From positions 2,678 to 66,677 of the forward strand of contig JBHEMR010000192.1 of NCBI GenBank assembly GCA_046262495.1: DNA of 64,000 nucleotides, in the 5' to 3' direction. Position numbers and translations under genes: made by a program. Below, piece by piece: positions 31,286 to 41,951 of the stretch. The notes under the pieces were generated by a model that was not told where the DNA came from, searched no databases, and worked only from the letters and a program-made list of their open reading frames with translations. Position 1 is the stretch's first letter. Each line of letters starts with the position of its first letter. Source of the DNA: Pseudonocardiaceae bacterium (GTDB lineage Bacteria > Actinomycetota > Actinomycetes > Mycobacteriales > Pseudonocardiaceae).

Positions 31286-33268
31286 GTGGAAGGCAATACC
31301 GTGAGCGTTGTCTCGTCGGCAGGTCCGTCCCGTTCCGAGGGTCCCGGTGGGACCGCGGAACAGGGATCGACCGGCGCAACCCACTGTGACACGACAGCGG
31401 AGCGGGCCGCGTTAGCGGCGCTGCGTAGCAGGTATCCGGCGCTCGCCGCCCGGTACGGCGCAGCCTTGAGACAAGCCCGGGTGGCGGCGCTGGGCAAGCT
31501 GTGGGTCGCGTTGTCACGGGAACGGATAGATGGTCTCGTCCCGTCGGCACGTGACGGCCGTGCGACACTCCTGCTGCCCGACGGCACCCGGCTGTCGGCC
31601 CCTCTCCCGATCACAGACCCCTTCGCTGAGCACCCGGCTGGCCTGGCCGTCACCCTGCACGGAGCTTCCTCGCAGCTGATCGACCACCCCGTCGCCCTGC
31701 TGACGGCCATGGCGTCGCAGTCCAACCGGACCGACACCGACCGATGGCTCGGGTTGTCCGCTGAGCTGGGTGACAGCGTCGCCAACCACGCCCTCGCGCT
31801 GGTCGGTGAGTCCTGGCGGCGCGAACGGCTGGCAATTGACGGAACGCCGGGGAATAACGTGTTGCGCTGGGCAGCCCGTCGGGCCGCCGCCGATCCGGGT
31901 TTCAGCCCGCTCGCCCTGTTCGAGCAGGCCGTCGTCGACGGGCATCCCCTCCACCCGTGCGCACGGGTCCGCGGCGGGATGACCGTAGAAGAGCTGTTCG
32001 CCTACGCGCCGGAGTGGGCCGACGAGCTCGCCATCCGGATCGTTGCCATCGCGCAGTCGTCATTCGCTGCGCCTTTGCCCGAATGGCGAGGCATGACTGC
32101 CCTGCTCCGTTACTGGCACCCCCAGGTCGCTGACGCCGCCGAGGCGCACCTGCGCGGTATTCGGCGGGATCCGGCTGACTACGAGTTGTTGCCGGTGCAC
32201 CCGTGGCAGCTGTGCCGCGCGTTGGACGACCGCTACGCTGACGCGCTCACCGATGGGCGAGTGATTGCCATCCCTGGGGTGCGGATCCTCGCTCGGCCGC
32301 TGCTGTCGCTGCGGACGCTCGCTCCCGTGACGGACCGGCGAGCCGCCCATATCAAGACCGCGGTCGACGTCCGGCTTACCACCGCGATCCGCGTGGTCTC
32401 GCCGGCAGCGGCACACAACGGCCCGCTGATGTCGGAGCTGATGGTCGAGATCTGCCGGCGCGAGCATGGCTTCGGCGGGCGGTTCATCAGCCTTGCCGAG
32501 TTGGCCAGCGGGAGCTACCGGCCAGCCCCGGGCGAACCCGTCGGCGGTGCAGCCAGCCTCGCCGCGATCGCTCGGGAGTCCCCGGAGCGCCACGCTGGCG
32601 CAGGTGAGATTGCACTTCCGGCAGCCGCGCTCGCTGCCCGCTCGCCTCGCAGCGGGCGGTCACTGCTCGCTGATGTGCTTGACGACGTGGCGTCAGTGGA
32701 CCGGCGCTCACGCTCTGACATCGCCGCTCGCTTCCTTGCCAGCTACTGCGACTGCATGTTGCCCGCGTTGTTCGCATTGTTGTCCCGCTGGGGAGTTGCG
32801 CTGGAGGCGCATGGGCAGAACGCCGTCGTGGTTTTGCGCAACGGCCTACCGGTACGCCTAGTCTACCGAGACTTCGGGAGTATCCGGGTGAGTCCGGCGC
32901 GACTGTCCCGTCGCGGCCTGCGGCCACCGATGTTACTCGGGGCGCTACTCACCGAAGACGAAGACGAGCTGCGGACAAGGTTGTTCTTCCCGCTGATCGA
33001 CACCCACCTCAGTCAGGTCGTCGCCGCGCTCGCGCATGCCGGTGAGGACGATCCCGGGCGGTTATGGTGGCAGGTTGCCGAATGCTGCCGCACGGTCTAC
33101 GCAACGCTGACCGCTGATCCCACCATTCGAGTCCAGGCGCAACGGGACGAGGCCTGCTTGTTCGCCCCTACTCTCCGCGTGAAATCCATGCTGCGGGTCC
33201 AGATGTCTGCCAATCCCCATGCCTCGCAATGGGTGGCTATACCCAATCCGTTGGCGACAGCCGGATGA
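31286..33268 (+). CDS. IucA/IucC-family NRPS-independent siderophore (NIS) synthetase 1
   Basis: IucA/IucC core motifs (HPLHPCAR, LPVHPWQ, KTAVDVRLT, LEAHGQN) and a FhuF-like C-terminus. Confidence 0.85.
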   Translation: MEGNTVSVVSSAGPSRSEGPGGTAEQGSTGATHCDTTAERAALAALRSRYPALAARYGAALRQARVAALGKLWVALSRERIDGLVPSARDGRATLLLPDGTRLSAPLPITDPFAEHPAGLAVTLHGASSQLIDHPVALLTAMASQSNRTDTDRWLGLSAELGDSVANHALALVGESWRRERLAIDGTPGNNVLRWAARRAAADPGFSPLALFEQAVVDGHPLHPCARVRGGMTVEELFAYAPEWADELAIRIVAIAQSSFAAPLPEWRGMTALLRYWHPQVADAAEAHLRGIRRDPADYELLPVHPWQLCRALDDRYADALTDGRVIAIPGVRILARPLLSLRTLAPVTDRRAAHIKTAVDVRLTTAIRVVSPAAAHNGPLMSELMVEICRREHGFGGRFISLAELASGSYRPAPGEPVGGAASLAAIARESPERHAGAGEIALPAAALAARSPRSGRSLLADVLDDVASVDRRSRSDIAARFLASYCDCMLPALFALLSRWGVALEAHGQNAVVVLRNGLPVRLVYRDFGSIRVSPARLSRRGLRPPMLLGALLTEDEDELRTRLFFPLIDTHLSQVVAALAHAGEDDPGRLWWQVAECCRTVYATLTADPTIRVQAQRDEACLFAPTLRVKSMLRVQMSANPHASQWVAIPNPLATAG

Positions 33269-35328
33269 ATCAGGTGCAGGGCACCACCCCAACCGGGGAG
33301 CAGCTTCGCACGATCGAAGAGCTGCGGATGTACGAGACCTTGGGCGCGGACGCGCCGCGGTACTCCACAGCGTTCCTCGAGCATCTGCCGAGGGCGCGCT
33401 CCGTGGTTCTGCACCGTCTGCTCGCGGCCCTGTGGCGAGAGGACGTCGGCGCGATTCGGACGGCCAGTTGTCGTCTCGACACCAGCACCCACACACGGGA
33501 CCACGCGGCTGCATCGGCGCTCGAGTCGCTGCTGGGCGATGCTCAGCCGGGCAGCTGGCAGGTCCAGCAGCTCGACGGCACGGCGGTGCTAGCCTTTCCC
33601 CTCCGCGCCGAGCACGCCTTCGACAACATCAAGCCAGGTCCCCCGGTGCTGTGCCTCCGGGCCGGCGAGACGACCGTCATCGAGTCGCCGTACGCTCTTG
33701 TCGAGCTCCTGGCTCAATACGAGCCGGCGCCGGGCTGGCAATCGTTCGGCGCCGAGCTCGCGGACACGGTGGCCAACCTCACGCTGGCCTATGTCCGATC
33801 GGAGAAGCAGCGGCTGGCCCTGCTCGAGATTGCGATCCAGTTGGCCGCACCGGATACCGTAGGGCTCGCGCAAATGCTCGCCGCACGCGCGGCGCCCGAG
33901 GACATCATGGTGTTCTTCGAGCGGCTCAACACCGAGGGGCACAACCTGCACCCGTGTGGCCGCGGCCGGCTGGGAATGCGACCAGCCGCCCTGCTGCGCC
34001 ACGACCTGGAGTCCGAGACGTCGACCGATTTGACCTTGGTGGGCATCAAGCGAGAGCGCGTCGAGTCCACACCCGACGAGCTGGGCCGCGATGTCGGGCA
34101 GCTGCTGTGGGCCGAGTACCCGAGACTCGACACCGCCGTCCGTGAGCACTTCCGCGCCGATCAGCTCGACCCAACCGGCTACGTGTTCGTGCCCGTCCAC
34201 GCCTGGCAGCTGGAACAGGTCGTCCGCCCCCTGTTCGCGGACGAGATCACCGACCGGACAGTGGTGCCGGTGCCCGGTGCCCGGCTGGCTGGCGTACCGA
34301 CGTCCAGCGTGCGAACGTTGCTCACCGAGCGCTCACCCGCGGGGCGGCGCCTGCTCGTCAAGACCTCCCTCGACACCTTGATCGGCTCCACCCGACGGTC
34401 CATCTCGGCGCACACGACGAACAACGGGCCGGTGTATAGCCGGCTGCTCCGGCAGGTCATCGACCGTGAGCCCGCTCTGATCGATCGGGTCGTCCTCCTC
34501 GATGAGCTCGCCGGCGCCAGTTATCTGCCGCTGGCCCATGATCCGGAGCCGGACCGCCGGTCCCGCGCGCTATCCGCACTCGTTCGTAGCGACATCAGCG
34601 CGTACCTACGCCCCGATGAGGTACCCGTCCCCGGCTGCGCGCTGCCCGCCCGGTCACCGGTGACAGAGTCGAGCTTGTTGGTCGAGCTCGTCACCCGCTA
34701 CGCGGCGACGCGCGATGAAGGAGATCTCGCCACGGCCGGGCTGCGCTTCGTCGAGGAGTACGCCGCGCTGCTCCTCCCCGTATCCGTGATCCTCATGACC
34801 AAGTACGGCATCGCGGTGGAGGCCCACCTGCAAAACTGCATATTCACCTTCGTCGGCGCCGCGCCGACCCGATTGGTGTTGCGGGACTGGGGCGGAATGC
34901 GGATCTACCGCGCACGGCTGCGCAGGCAGGGACTTCGGCTCGAACCTCGGCCCGGAACGGCCACGGTAACTGACGACGTCCACGTGATGCGAGCCAAGAT
35001 GCTGTACACCGCGCTGTCGAACCACCTTGGTGAGGTAGTCGCCCATGTGGTCGCACGCGCTGGCGTCCACCCGCGGGCGGCATGGCAGCGCGTCAGGTCG
35101 GTTGTGGTGGAAATCCTCGCCGACTTGGACGCTGACCCGGCTCTGCGCGAGGACGTCGACGCCGACCGCGCCGTCCTGCTCGGACCTACATTGCCCATCA
35201 AGGCGTTCGCGCGGATGCGGCTGGATCCAGCCGGCGGTGACCAATACGTACAAGTGCGCAACCCGCTCCATGAGGACGGTGCGCTCCCTTTGACACCTTC
35301 CCTCGCGCTGGGTACGGAGCGCCGTTGA
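33265..35328 (+). CDS. IucA/IucC-family NIS synthetase 2
   Basis: ATG 33265 overlaps the upstream stop (ATGA). Motifs HNLHPCGR, VPVHAWQ, VKTSLD, VEAHLQN. Confidence 0.85.
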   Translation: MNQVQGTTPTGEQLRTIEELRMYETLGADAPRYSTAFLEHLPRARSVVLHRLLAALWREDVGAIRTASCRLDTSTHTRDHAAASALESLLGDAQPGSWQVQQLDGTAVLAFPLRAEHAFDNIKPGPPVLCLRAGETTVIESPYALVELLAQYEPAPGWQSFGAELADTVANLTLAYVRSEKQRLALLEIAIQLAAPDTVGLAQMLAARAAPEDIMVFFERLNTEGHNLHPCGRGRLGMRPAALLRHDLESETSTDLTLVGIKRERVESTPDELGRDVGQLLWAEYPRLDTAVREHFRADQLDPTGYVFVPVHAWQLEQVVRPLFADEITDRTVVPVPGARLAGVPTSSVRTLLTERSPAGRRLLVKTSLDTLIGSTRRSISAHTTNNGPVYSRLLRQVIDREPALIDRVVLLDELAGASYLPLAHDPEPDRRSRALSALVRSDISAYLRPDEVPVPGCALPARSPVTESSLLVELVTRYAATRDEGDLATAGLRFVEEYAALLLPVSVILMTKYGIAVEAHLQNCIFTFVGAAPTRLVLRDWGGMRIYRARLRRQGLRLEPRPGTATVTDDVHVMRAKMLYTALSNHLGEVVAHVVARAGVHPRAAWQRVRSVVVEILADLDADPALREDVDADRAVLLGPTLPIKAFARMRLDPAGGDQYVQVRNPLHEDGALPLTPSLALGTERR

Positions 35329-36542
35329 CCGTTCGTGCGCAGCAGCCCGAGGGGCCTACCTGGGAACGGGTGAGCGAGGCGCTGCGGCGGCAGGCATCCA
35401 AGGCCGAGCCCGTGTGCGCGTACGTCTATGACCTGAACGCGCTGATCGCGCAGGTCGAGTCGGTCCGCGCCGCGCTGCCCGAGCGCTGCGAGCTCTACTA
35501 CGCAATCAAAGCCAATGGCCATCCCGCGGTGCTGAGCACGCTGGCGGCCTATGTTGACGGGTTCGAGGTGGCCTCGCTGGGCGAAATTGGCAAGGCGCTC
35601 GCTTCCGGCGGGTCGCAGCTCTCGTTCAGCGGCCCGGCTAAGACCGACGCCGAGATTTCCGGCGCGCTCCAGGCTGGTCTGGAGCTGCTCAACGTGGAGA
35701 GCGTGCACGAGCTGCGCAGAGCGGGATTGATCGGAGCCGAGCTCGGTGTCCGCGTGCCGGTGGCGCTGCGGGTCAACCGGCGCGCCAGCCGCCTTGCGGG
35801 TGATCTGCGCATGGCCGGAACCGCCACCCAGTTCGGTATCGACGAGGCCGGTCTGGCGGGAGCGATCGAGCTAGGTCGCACACTCCCGGCGGTCGCGCTG
35901 TGCGGTTTTCACCTGCACGCGGTGTCGAACAACCTCGACGCGGACGCGCACGCGACCTTCGTCACCGACAGCGTGGCGTGGTGCTTGCAGCAGGCGGCCC
36001 GGCACCGGATTGACCTCGGCATCATCGATGTCGGTGGTGGTATCGGGGTGGCCTACACCGGCGGCGACGGCTTCGACCTACCGACGTTCGGCGATGGGCT
36101 CGGTGCCGCGGTCGAGTGCCTGCCAGCGGGTGTGCGGCTGATCTTCGAGCTGGGCCGGTTTTTGGTCGCAGGGGCTGGCTGGTACGCCGCCGAGGTCGTC
36201 GACCTCAAGTGCACACACGGCCGCTATTTCGCGGTGCTCCGCGGCGGAACCCACCACTTCCGACTACCGGCAGCCTGGGGATACAGTCATCCGTTCACGG
36301 TGCTGCCGCTTGACGCGTGGCACTACCCGTTCGTCCGGCCCGAGGTGCGCGCGGTACGTGTCGACGTGGTCGGCGAACTCTGCACTCCTCGTGATGTGCT
36401 CGCCCGGGAGGTCTGGGTCGAACGGCTCCGCGTCGGTGACGTCGTGGTGTTTCCGCTGGCCGGAGCATATGCCTGGGAGATTTCTCACCACGACTTCCTC
36501 AGCCATCCGCACCCCGCCCAGCTCGTTCTGCGCGCACAATGA
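35325..36542 (+). CDS. fold-type III PLP-dependent decarboxylase (DapDC/ODC family; SbnH/AcsE/PvsE-like)
   Basis: PLP-lysine motif YAIKAN, GGGIGV, ELGRFLV, CTPRD. The TTG start overlaps the upstream stop (GTTGA); an alternative GTG lies at 35370. Confidence 0.85.
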   Translation: MTVRAQQPEGPTWERVSEALRRQASKAEPVCAYVYDLNALIAQVESVRAALPERCELYYAIKANGHPAVLSTLAAYVDGFEVASLGEIGKALASGGSQLSFSGPAKTDAEISGALQAGLELLNVESVHELRRAGLIGAELGVRVPVALRVNRRASRLAGDLRMAGTATQFGIDEAGLAGAIELGRTLPAVALCGFHLHAVSNNLDADAHATFVTDSVAWCLQQAARHRIDLGIIDVGGGIGVAYTGGDGFDLPTFGDGLGAAVECLPAGVRLIFELGRFLVAGAGWYAAEVVDLKCTHGRYFAVLRGGTHHFRLPAAWGYSHPFTVLPLDAWHYPFVRPEVRAVRVDVVGELCTPRDVLAREVWVERLRVGDVVVFPLAGAYAWEISHHDFLSHPHPAQLVLRAQ

Positions 36543-36680
36543 CGACAGCCCACAATGACAGACCACAATTACGGAGGCCATGATGACGAGGCGTAAACGA
36601 GCCCGGTAGCCTGTCCGCCCATCACCGGCACGGCGTGCAGGGCGCCGCGGTCGGGACCGCCATCGGCAAGGGGAGGGCAT

Positions 36681-37091
36681 GTGTCGGCAGGTCAGATCGC
36701 CGCGCTGATTGCCGCTGGGGCGTTCGTGGTACTGGTCGGTCTGCTAGCTGTACCACTGATCAAGTTGGGTCGTACCTTGGATGAGGCGACGCTGGCGATT
36801 CGCAAGGCCAGCGAGGACGCCGATCCCCTGTTCAGCGGCGCGAATACGACTGTCACCCAAGTGAACGCTCAATTGGAACGGCTGGACGGGATCACCGCGA
36901 ACGCCCAAGCCGTGACCGGCAACGTGTCGGCGCTGACCTCGCTGTTCACCGCGACGCTGGGCGGCCCGTTGGTGCGAGTGGCGGCGCTATCATATGGCGT
37001 CAGCAAAGCGATGCGAGGTCGCCGCAAGAGCAGCAGGGACGTTGTATCCGGGCGCCGGCCGCGGGGACGACGGAATGGGAGCAAGCGGTGA
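36681..37091 (+). CDS. DUF948-family membrane-anchored protein
   Basis: N-terminal TM followed by a long coiled helical region typical of DUF948; strong SD (AAGGGGAGGG) before the GTG. Confidence 0.65.
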   Translation: MSAGQIAALIAAGAFVVLVGLLAVPLIKLGRTLDEATLAIRKASEDADPLFSGANTTVTQVNAQLERLDGITANAQAVTGNVSALTSLFTATLGGPLVRVAALSYGVSKAMRGRRKSSRDVVSGRRPRGRRNGSKR

Positions 37092-37369
37092 AGAGGATGC
37101 TCTGGTTCAGCCTTGGCATTGCCGCCGGGGTTGCGGCCAGCCGCAAGGCTCGCGGCGCTGCCCACCGGATCACTCCTGCAGGGGCGGCCGAGAATGTCGG
37201 CGACGGGATTCGAGAACTAGCCGCAGCGGTCGGCTCCTTTGGAGCTGAGGTCCGGGCCGGGATGGTCCAGCGGGAGGCCGAGCTGCATTCCACCGTCACC
37301 CAGCGTACGGGCATGGACCTCCGGTCAAGGTCGGCCAGCGGTCGAGCGTCAGGCGCCGTGCGGGCCTAG
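37088..37369 (+). CDS. small membrane-anchored hypothetical protein (YtxH-like architecture)
   Basis: GTG overlaps the upstream stop (GTGA). N-terminal TM (LWFSLGIAAGVAA) followed by a helical tail. Confidence 0.5.
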   Translation: MKRMLWFSLGIAAGVAASRKARGAAHRITPAGAAENVGDGIRELAAAVGSFGAEVRAGMVQREAELHSTVTQRTGMDLRSRSASGRASGAVRA

Positions 37370-37439
37370 CCCCGACTCAGTTCTGCACCCTGGTGACACT
37401 TTAGGTTGCCAGCGGTTTTCACTGCGCCGCCTGGCCGCA

Positions 37440-37482
37440 GTAGTATTCGGCGCCGCCACACGGCGGTAGTATTCGGCGCCGC
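37440..37482 (+). repeat. 17-nt direct repeat (GTAGTATTCGGCGCCGC x2, 26-nt period) in the alaS leader
   Basis: Exact copies at 37440-37456 and 37466-37482. The GCCGCC-ACAC-GGCGG hairpin lies between them. Confidence 0.85.
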
Positions 37483-37518
37483 ATGGCGCGCACCGATCGC
37501 GCTTCTCAAGGAAGGCCC

Positions 37519-40203
37519 GTGCAGACCCACGAGATCCGTCAGCGGTTCCTGGACCGTTTCGAACGCTCCGGCCACACCGTGGTGCCCAGCGCTTCCCTAC
37601 TGCTTGACGACCCGAATCTGTTGTTCGTCAACGCCGGCATGGTGCCCTTCAAGCCGTACTTCCTCGGTCAGGCGACACCGCCCTACAACCGGGCAACGTC
37701 AGTCCAGAAGTGTGTGCGTACCCCGGATATCGATGAGGTCGGAAAGACCACCAGGCACAACACCTTCTTCCAGATGGCGGGCAACTTCTCCTTTGGGGAC
37801 TACTTTAAACAAGGAGCCATCGAGCACGCCTGGCAGCTAGTGACCGGATCCCAGGAGTCCGGCGGATATGGCTTCGATCCAGATCGCATCTGGGTCACCG
37901 TGTACACCGACGACGACGAAGCTGAGCAGTTGTGGCGCACGATCGCTGGGATAACTGCCGAGCGCATCCAGCGTCGGGGTATGGAAGACAACTTCTGGTC
38001 CATGGGAGTCCCCGGACCGTGCGGTCCCAGTTCCGAAATTTACTTTGACCGTGGCCCGGACTTCGGCCGGCCTGGGGGCCCGGTCGTCGACGAGGACCGT
38101 TTTCTGGAAATTTGGAACCTCGTCTTCATGCAGAACGAGCGCGGTGAGTCCACCGGCCCAGGCAAGGGTGATTTTCCGATTCTCGGACCGCTGCCCGCGA
38201 AGAACATCGACACCGGGATGGGTATCGAGCGGGTGGCGCTGCTGCTGCAGGACGTACCGAACGTCTACGAGACCGACTTGCTCCGGCCCGTGATCACTGT
38301 GGTCGAGCAGCTCTGCGGCCGGCGCTACGGTGCGGACCCGGTGGATGACGTGCGCTTCCGGGTGATCGCTGATCACGCCCGCACCGGCGTGATGCTCATC
38401 GGGGACGGGGTGACCCCCGGCAATGAGGCGCGTGGCTACGTCTTGCGCCGGTTGCTGCGCCGTACCGTGCGTTCCGCGCGCCTGCTGGGCGTCACCGAAC
38501 CGGTGCTCAGTGACATCACCGCGGTGGTGCGCGACACGATGGGCCCGTCCTATCCGGAAATCGACACGGACTACCACCGGATCGAGGCGGTTGCCCGCGC
38601 CGAGGAGGAGGCGTTCCTGGCGACATTGTCCGCCGGTTCGCGAATCTTCGACCTCGCCGTGGCGCAGACCCGCCGAGCCGGCGGCTCGCAGCTGTCCGGG
38701 GATCAAGTGTTTCAGTTGCATGACACCTACGGTTTCCCGATCGACCTCACTCTCGAGATGGCGGCCGAAGCCGGCCTACGCGTCGATGAAAAAGGCTTCC
38801 GCACGCTGATGGCACAGCAGCGAAGCCGCGCCAAGGCCGACGCTGCGGCGCGCCGCTCGGGGCACGGGGACTTCAGCGAGTACCGCGCGGTGCTCGACGC
38901 GCACGGTCATACGGAGTTCCTGGGCTATACCGAACTCAGCGCCGAGGCCCGGGTGATCGGCCTTCTCGTCGACGGCGCCGCGGTCCCGGTGGCCGGTGCG
39001 GGCAGCGCGGTGGAGATGGTGCTCGACCGCACCCCGTTCTACGCCGAGGGTGGCGGCCAGCAGTCCGACTCCGGCACCGTGGTCGGTGACGGATTTGCCG
39101 TCGAAGTGATCGACGTGCAGTCCCCGGTGGCGGGCTTGTCCGTACACCGGGGCACGGTTGTCTCCGGCGAGGTTGCGCTCGACGCTCCGGTCTTCGCGCA
39201 GGTGGACGTCACCCGCAGACGCGCGGTGGCCCGAGCGCATTCCGCGACTCATCTGGTGCACTCCGGAATTCGTCGGGCGTTGGGCAGCAGCGCCACGCAG
39301 GCCGGCTCGCTCAACGCCCCCGGCCGGTTGCGGTTCGACTTCACCTCGCCAGGCGGTGCGGTGCCGTCCAGCGTGCTGACCGACGTTGAGGACGAGGTCA
39401 ACGAGGTTCTGTTGCGCTCGCTGCCGGTCACGGCCGAGGTGATGCCCATCCAGGCCGCTCGCCGCGACGGTGCCATCGCGATGTTCGGCGAGAAGTACGG
39501 TGACGCCGTTCGGGTAGTTACCATCGGCGACTACTCCAAGGAGCTCTGCGGTGGTACCCACGTGCCGAACTCGGCCGACATCGGCCTGATCAAACTGCTG
39601 TCCGAGGCGTCCATCGGCTCCGGGATCCGCCGGGTGGAAGCACTGGTCGGCCTCGACGCGTTCCGTTTCCTGGCGCGCGAGCATGTGTTGGTGGCGCAGC
39701 TCTCTGAACAGCTCAAAGCCCGCCCCGAGGAGCTGCCTGAACGCATCGGCGCGGTGACCGAGCGGCTACGCGCGGCCGAGCGCGAGCTTGAACGGCTACG
39801 CGCCGCCGCGGTGCTGTCCTCGGCGAGCGCCCTGGCCGAGGGCGCCGAGCAGGTCGGTGCCACCGCTTTGGTGGCGGCCGAAACGAGCGAGGGGATCAGC
39901 GGTGCAGATCTGCGCGCGCTGGCCACGGAGGTCCGCGGCCGGCTGGGTGAACGACCGGGTGTGGTCGCGCTGTTCAGCGCTGATCATTCGACAAGCAAGG
40001 TGTCCTTCGTCGTGGCCACCACCGCCGCCGCGCGGCGGCAAGGGTTGGCTGCGGGCGCGCTGGTGCCGGTGTTCGGCCCGGCGGTGGGTGGTCGTGGGGG
40101 CGGCAAACCTGATCTGGCCCAGGGCGGCGGTACCGAACCTGGCGGGATCGGAATCGCGGTGTCGGCCCTGCGCACCGAGCTCGCGCGGCGCAACGGCGCG
40201 TGA
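37519..40203 (+). CDS. alaS: alanine--tRNA ligase
   Basis: [20 protein letters not shown] matches the canonical AlaRS N-terminus (GTG 37519 after AAGGAAGG). Editing-domain HSATHL and C-Ala domain are present. Confidence 0.95.
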   Translation: MQTHEIRQRFLDRFERSGHTVVPSASLLLDDPNLLFVNAGMVPFKPYFLGQATPPYNRATSVQKCVRTPDIDEVGKTTRHNTFFQMAGNFSFGDYFKQGAIEHAWQLVTGSQESGGYGFDPDRIWVTVYTDDDEAEQLWRTIAGITAERIQRRGMEDNFWSMGVPGPCGPSSEIYFDRGPDFGRPGGPVVDEDRFLEIWNLVFMQNERGESTGPGKGDFPILGPLPAKNIDTGMGIERVALLLQDVPNVYETDLLRPVITVVEQLCGRRYGADPVDDVRFRVIADHARTGVMLIGDGVTPGNEARGYVLRRLLRRTVRSARLLGVTEPVLSDITAVVRDTMGPSYPEIDTDYHRIEAVARAEEEAFLATLSAGSRIFDLAVAQTRRAGGSQLSGDQVFQLHDTYGFPIDLTLEMAAEAGLRVDEKGFRTLMAQQRSRAKADAAARRSGHGDFSEYRAVLDAHGHTEFLGYTELSAEARVIGLLVDGAAVPVAGAGSAVEMVLDRTPFYAEGGGQQSDSGTVVGDGFAVEVIDVQSPVAGLSVHRGTVVSGEVALDAPVFAQVDVTRRRAVARAHSATHLVHSGIRRALGSSATQAGSLNAPGRLRFDFTSPGGAVPSSVLTDVEDEVNEVLLRSLPVTAEVMPIQAARRDGAIAMFGEKYGDAVRVVTIGDYSKELCGGTHVPNSADIGLIKLLSEASIGSGIRRVEALVGLDAFRFLAREHVLVAQLSEQLKARPEELPERIGAVTERLRAAERELERLRAAAVLSSASALAEGAEQVGATALVAAETSEGISGADLRALATEVRGRLGERPGVVALFSADHSTSKVSFVVATTAAARRQGLAAGALVPVFGPAVGGRGGGKPDLAQGGGTEPGGIGIAVSALRTELARRNGA

Positions 40204-40649
40204 TGAAGTCTGATCCCGGAATCGGACGCCGCCTCGGCGTGGATTTCGGCGAGGTGCGCGTCGGGGTGGCGCTGTCGGATCCGGCCGGCATCCTCGCGAC
40301 GCCCTTGGTCACGCTGAGACGCGACCGGTCGCGGGGCACGGACCTCGAAGCGTTGGCGGCGTTGGTGGCCGAGCATGAGGTGATTGAGGTAGTGGTCGGG
40401 CTTCCGCGCACCCTCGCCGGGAGGGAGGGCCCAGCGGCACAGGCGGCAACAGAATACGCCCGTGCCCTGGCTGACCGGCTTGGTGACGAGGTGGCGGTCC
40501 GGCTGACCGACGAGCGTCTCACGACCGTTTCGGCCGCTCGGGTGCTTGCTGAGCGGGGTGTTCGCGGTCGCAAGCAGCGCGCGGTGGTCGATCAGGCCGC
40601 AGCGGTGGAGATCCTGCAAAGTTGGCTCGACGCACGGCGGTCGGCGTGA
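40200..40649 (+). CDS. ruvX: Holliday junction resolvase-like RNase RuvX (YqgF)
   Basis: [18 protein letters not shown]-terminal motif; overlaps the alaS stop. Confidence 0.9.
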   Translation: MMKSDPGIGRRLGVDFGEVRVGVALSDPAGILATPLVTLRRDRSRGTDLEALAALVAEHEVIEVVVGLPRTLAGREGPAAQAATEYARALADRLGDEVAVRLTDERLTTVSAARVLAERGVRGRKQRAVVDQAAAVEILQSWLDARRSA

Positions 40650-40686
40650 TGACCGCTGACGCGCATGGTCGCGCGGAGGCGCGTTT

Positions 40687-41913
40687 ATGACCGACGACCT
40701 CGGGCTGTTCAGGGACACCACAGACCGAGCTGAGCCTCGCCGCCCACAGCAGCGCACCGATGGCCGTCGGGCACGGCGCCAGATCAGGGAGCGGCGCCGG
40801 CGACGTGTTGTGGTTAGCGCTGTCTTGGCTGTGCTCGTGCTGGCGATCGGCGGCGTGTTGTTCGGAGTGCGCGAGCTGCAGGCATGGCGCGCCGTACCTG
40901 ACTTTGTCGGCGCCGGGGGTGCGGAGGCGGTCGTGCAGGTCGAGGATGGCCAGAGCCTGACCGCGATTGGAGCCACCCTAGTGCGGCGCAACGTCGTCGC
41001 CAGCGTCCGCGCCTTCACCCGCGCGGCTGAGGCCGACACCCGGGTCCGAGCTGTGCAACCGGGCTACTACCAGGTGCGGCAGCGAATGTCCGGATCTGCT
41101 GCTGTGGCAAGACTGCAAGAGCCAGCTGCTCGGGTCGGACACCTGGAGATTCGCGGCGGCGAACAGCTCGACAACGTCGACCTGCCCGACGGTACGACCG
41201 TGCCGGGACTGCTCACCGAAATTTCCCGAGCGAGCTGTGCGGTGATCGCCGGAGCGAGCACCTGCGTGCGCCCAGAGGACCTGCGCACGGCGATGAGCCA
41301 GTCCGATCTCAACCAGCTTGCGGTACCGAGCTGGGCTTTAGATCCGATATCGCGGGTGGAACCTCGTCGACGACTGGAAGGTCTGCTGGTTCCGGGGAAC
41401 TACGATGTGCGCCCTGGTAGTTCGGCGATGAATCTATTGCGGCAGGTGGTCGGCACTTCCGCAGCTCGGCTGCTAGCGGGGGGTTTCCCCGCGTCCGCAG
41501 CAGGTACCGGTTACAGCGCTTACGACATGCTGATAATCGCTTCGGTGATCGAGCGCGAGGCGATTGTTCCGGATTTCAAGCGGGTGTCCCGAGTAATATA
41601 CAACCGGCTGGCTGCCGGGATGCCGTTGCAAATGGACTCCACAATCAATTACCCACTGGACCGGCCGGAGGCGAACACCTCAGACGCCGACCGTGCCCGG
41701 CCCGGTGCGTACAACACCTACATCAACGTCGGGCTGCCGGCGTCGCCGATCGGGTCGCCCAGCGCGTCGGCCATCGCGGCGGCGCTGAACCCCGAACCAG
41801 GAAGCTGGCGCTACTTCGTGAAGTGTCAGAAAGACGGCGCATCATGCTTCTCTGTCACCAGAGAGCAGCACGAAGCGGCAGTGCGAGACGCAGCCGCCCG
41901 CGGCGTCTTCTAG
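40687..41913 (+). CDS. mltG: endolytic murein transglycosylase MltG
   Basis: Basic N-terminus plus TM, and the YceG core (YNTY...GLP..PI.SP). Confidence 0.9.
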   Translation: MTDDLGLFRDTTDRAEPRRPQQRTDGRRARRQIRERRRRRVVVSAVLAVLVLAIGGVLFGVRELQAWRAVPDFVGAGGAEAVVQVEDGQSLTAIGATLVRRNVVASVRAFTRAAEADTRVRAVQPGYYQVRQRMSGSAAVARLQEPAARVGHLEIRGGEQLDNVDLPDGTTVPGLLTEISRASCAVIAGASTCVRPEDLRTAMSQSDLNQLAVPSWALDPISRVEPRRRLEGLLVPGNYDVRPGSSAMNLLRQVVGTSAARLLAGGFPASAAGTGYSAYDMLIIASVIEREAIVPDFKRVSRVIYNRLAAGMPLQMDSTINYPLDRPEANTSDADRARPGAYNTYINVGLPASPIGSPSASAIAAALNPEPGSWRYFVKCQKDGASCFSVTREQHEAAVRDAAARGVF

Positions 41914-41951
41914 CCGTTGTCTGTCCACAACCACTCCGCCATCCACATCTG

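Noticed and set aside
36555-36609. Two tiny ORFs (13 aa MTDHNYGGHDDEA; 9 aa MMTRRKRAR preceded by GGAGG) after the decarboxylase gene
   Set aside because: They are too short to support without conservation or ribosome-profiling evidence.
37370-37518. Possible T-box leader for alaS
   Set aside because: No T-box sequence, specifier-loop architecture or terminator/antiterminator pair is recognisable. Only a duplicated 17-mer is present.
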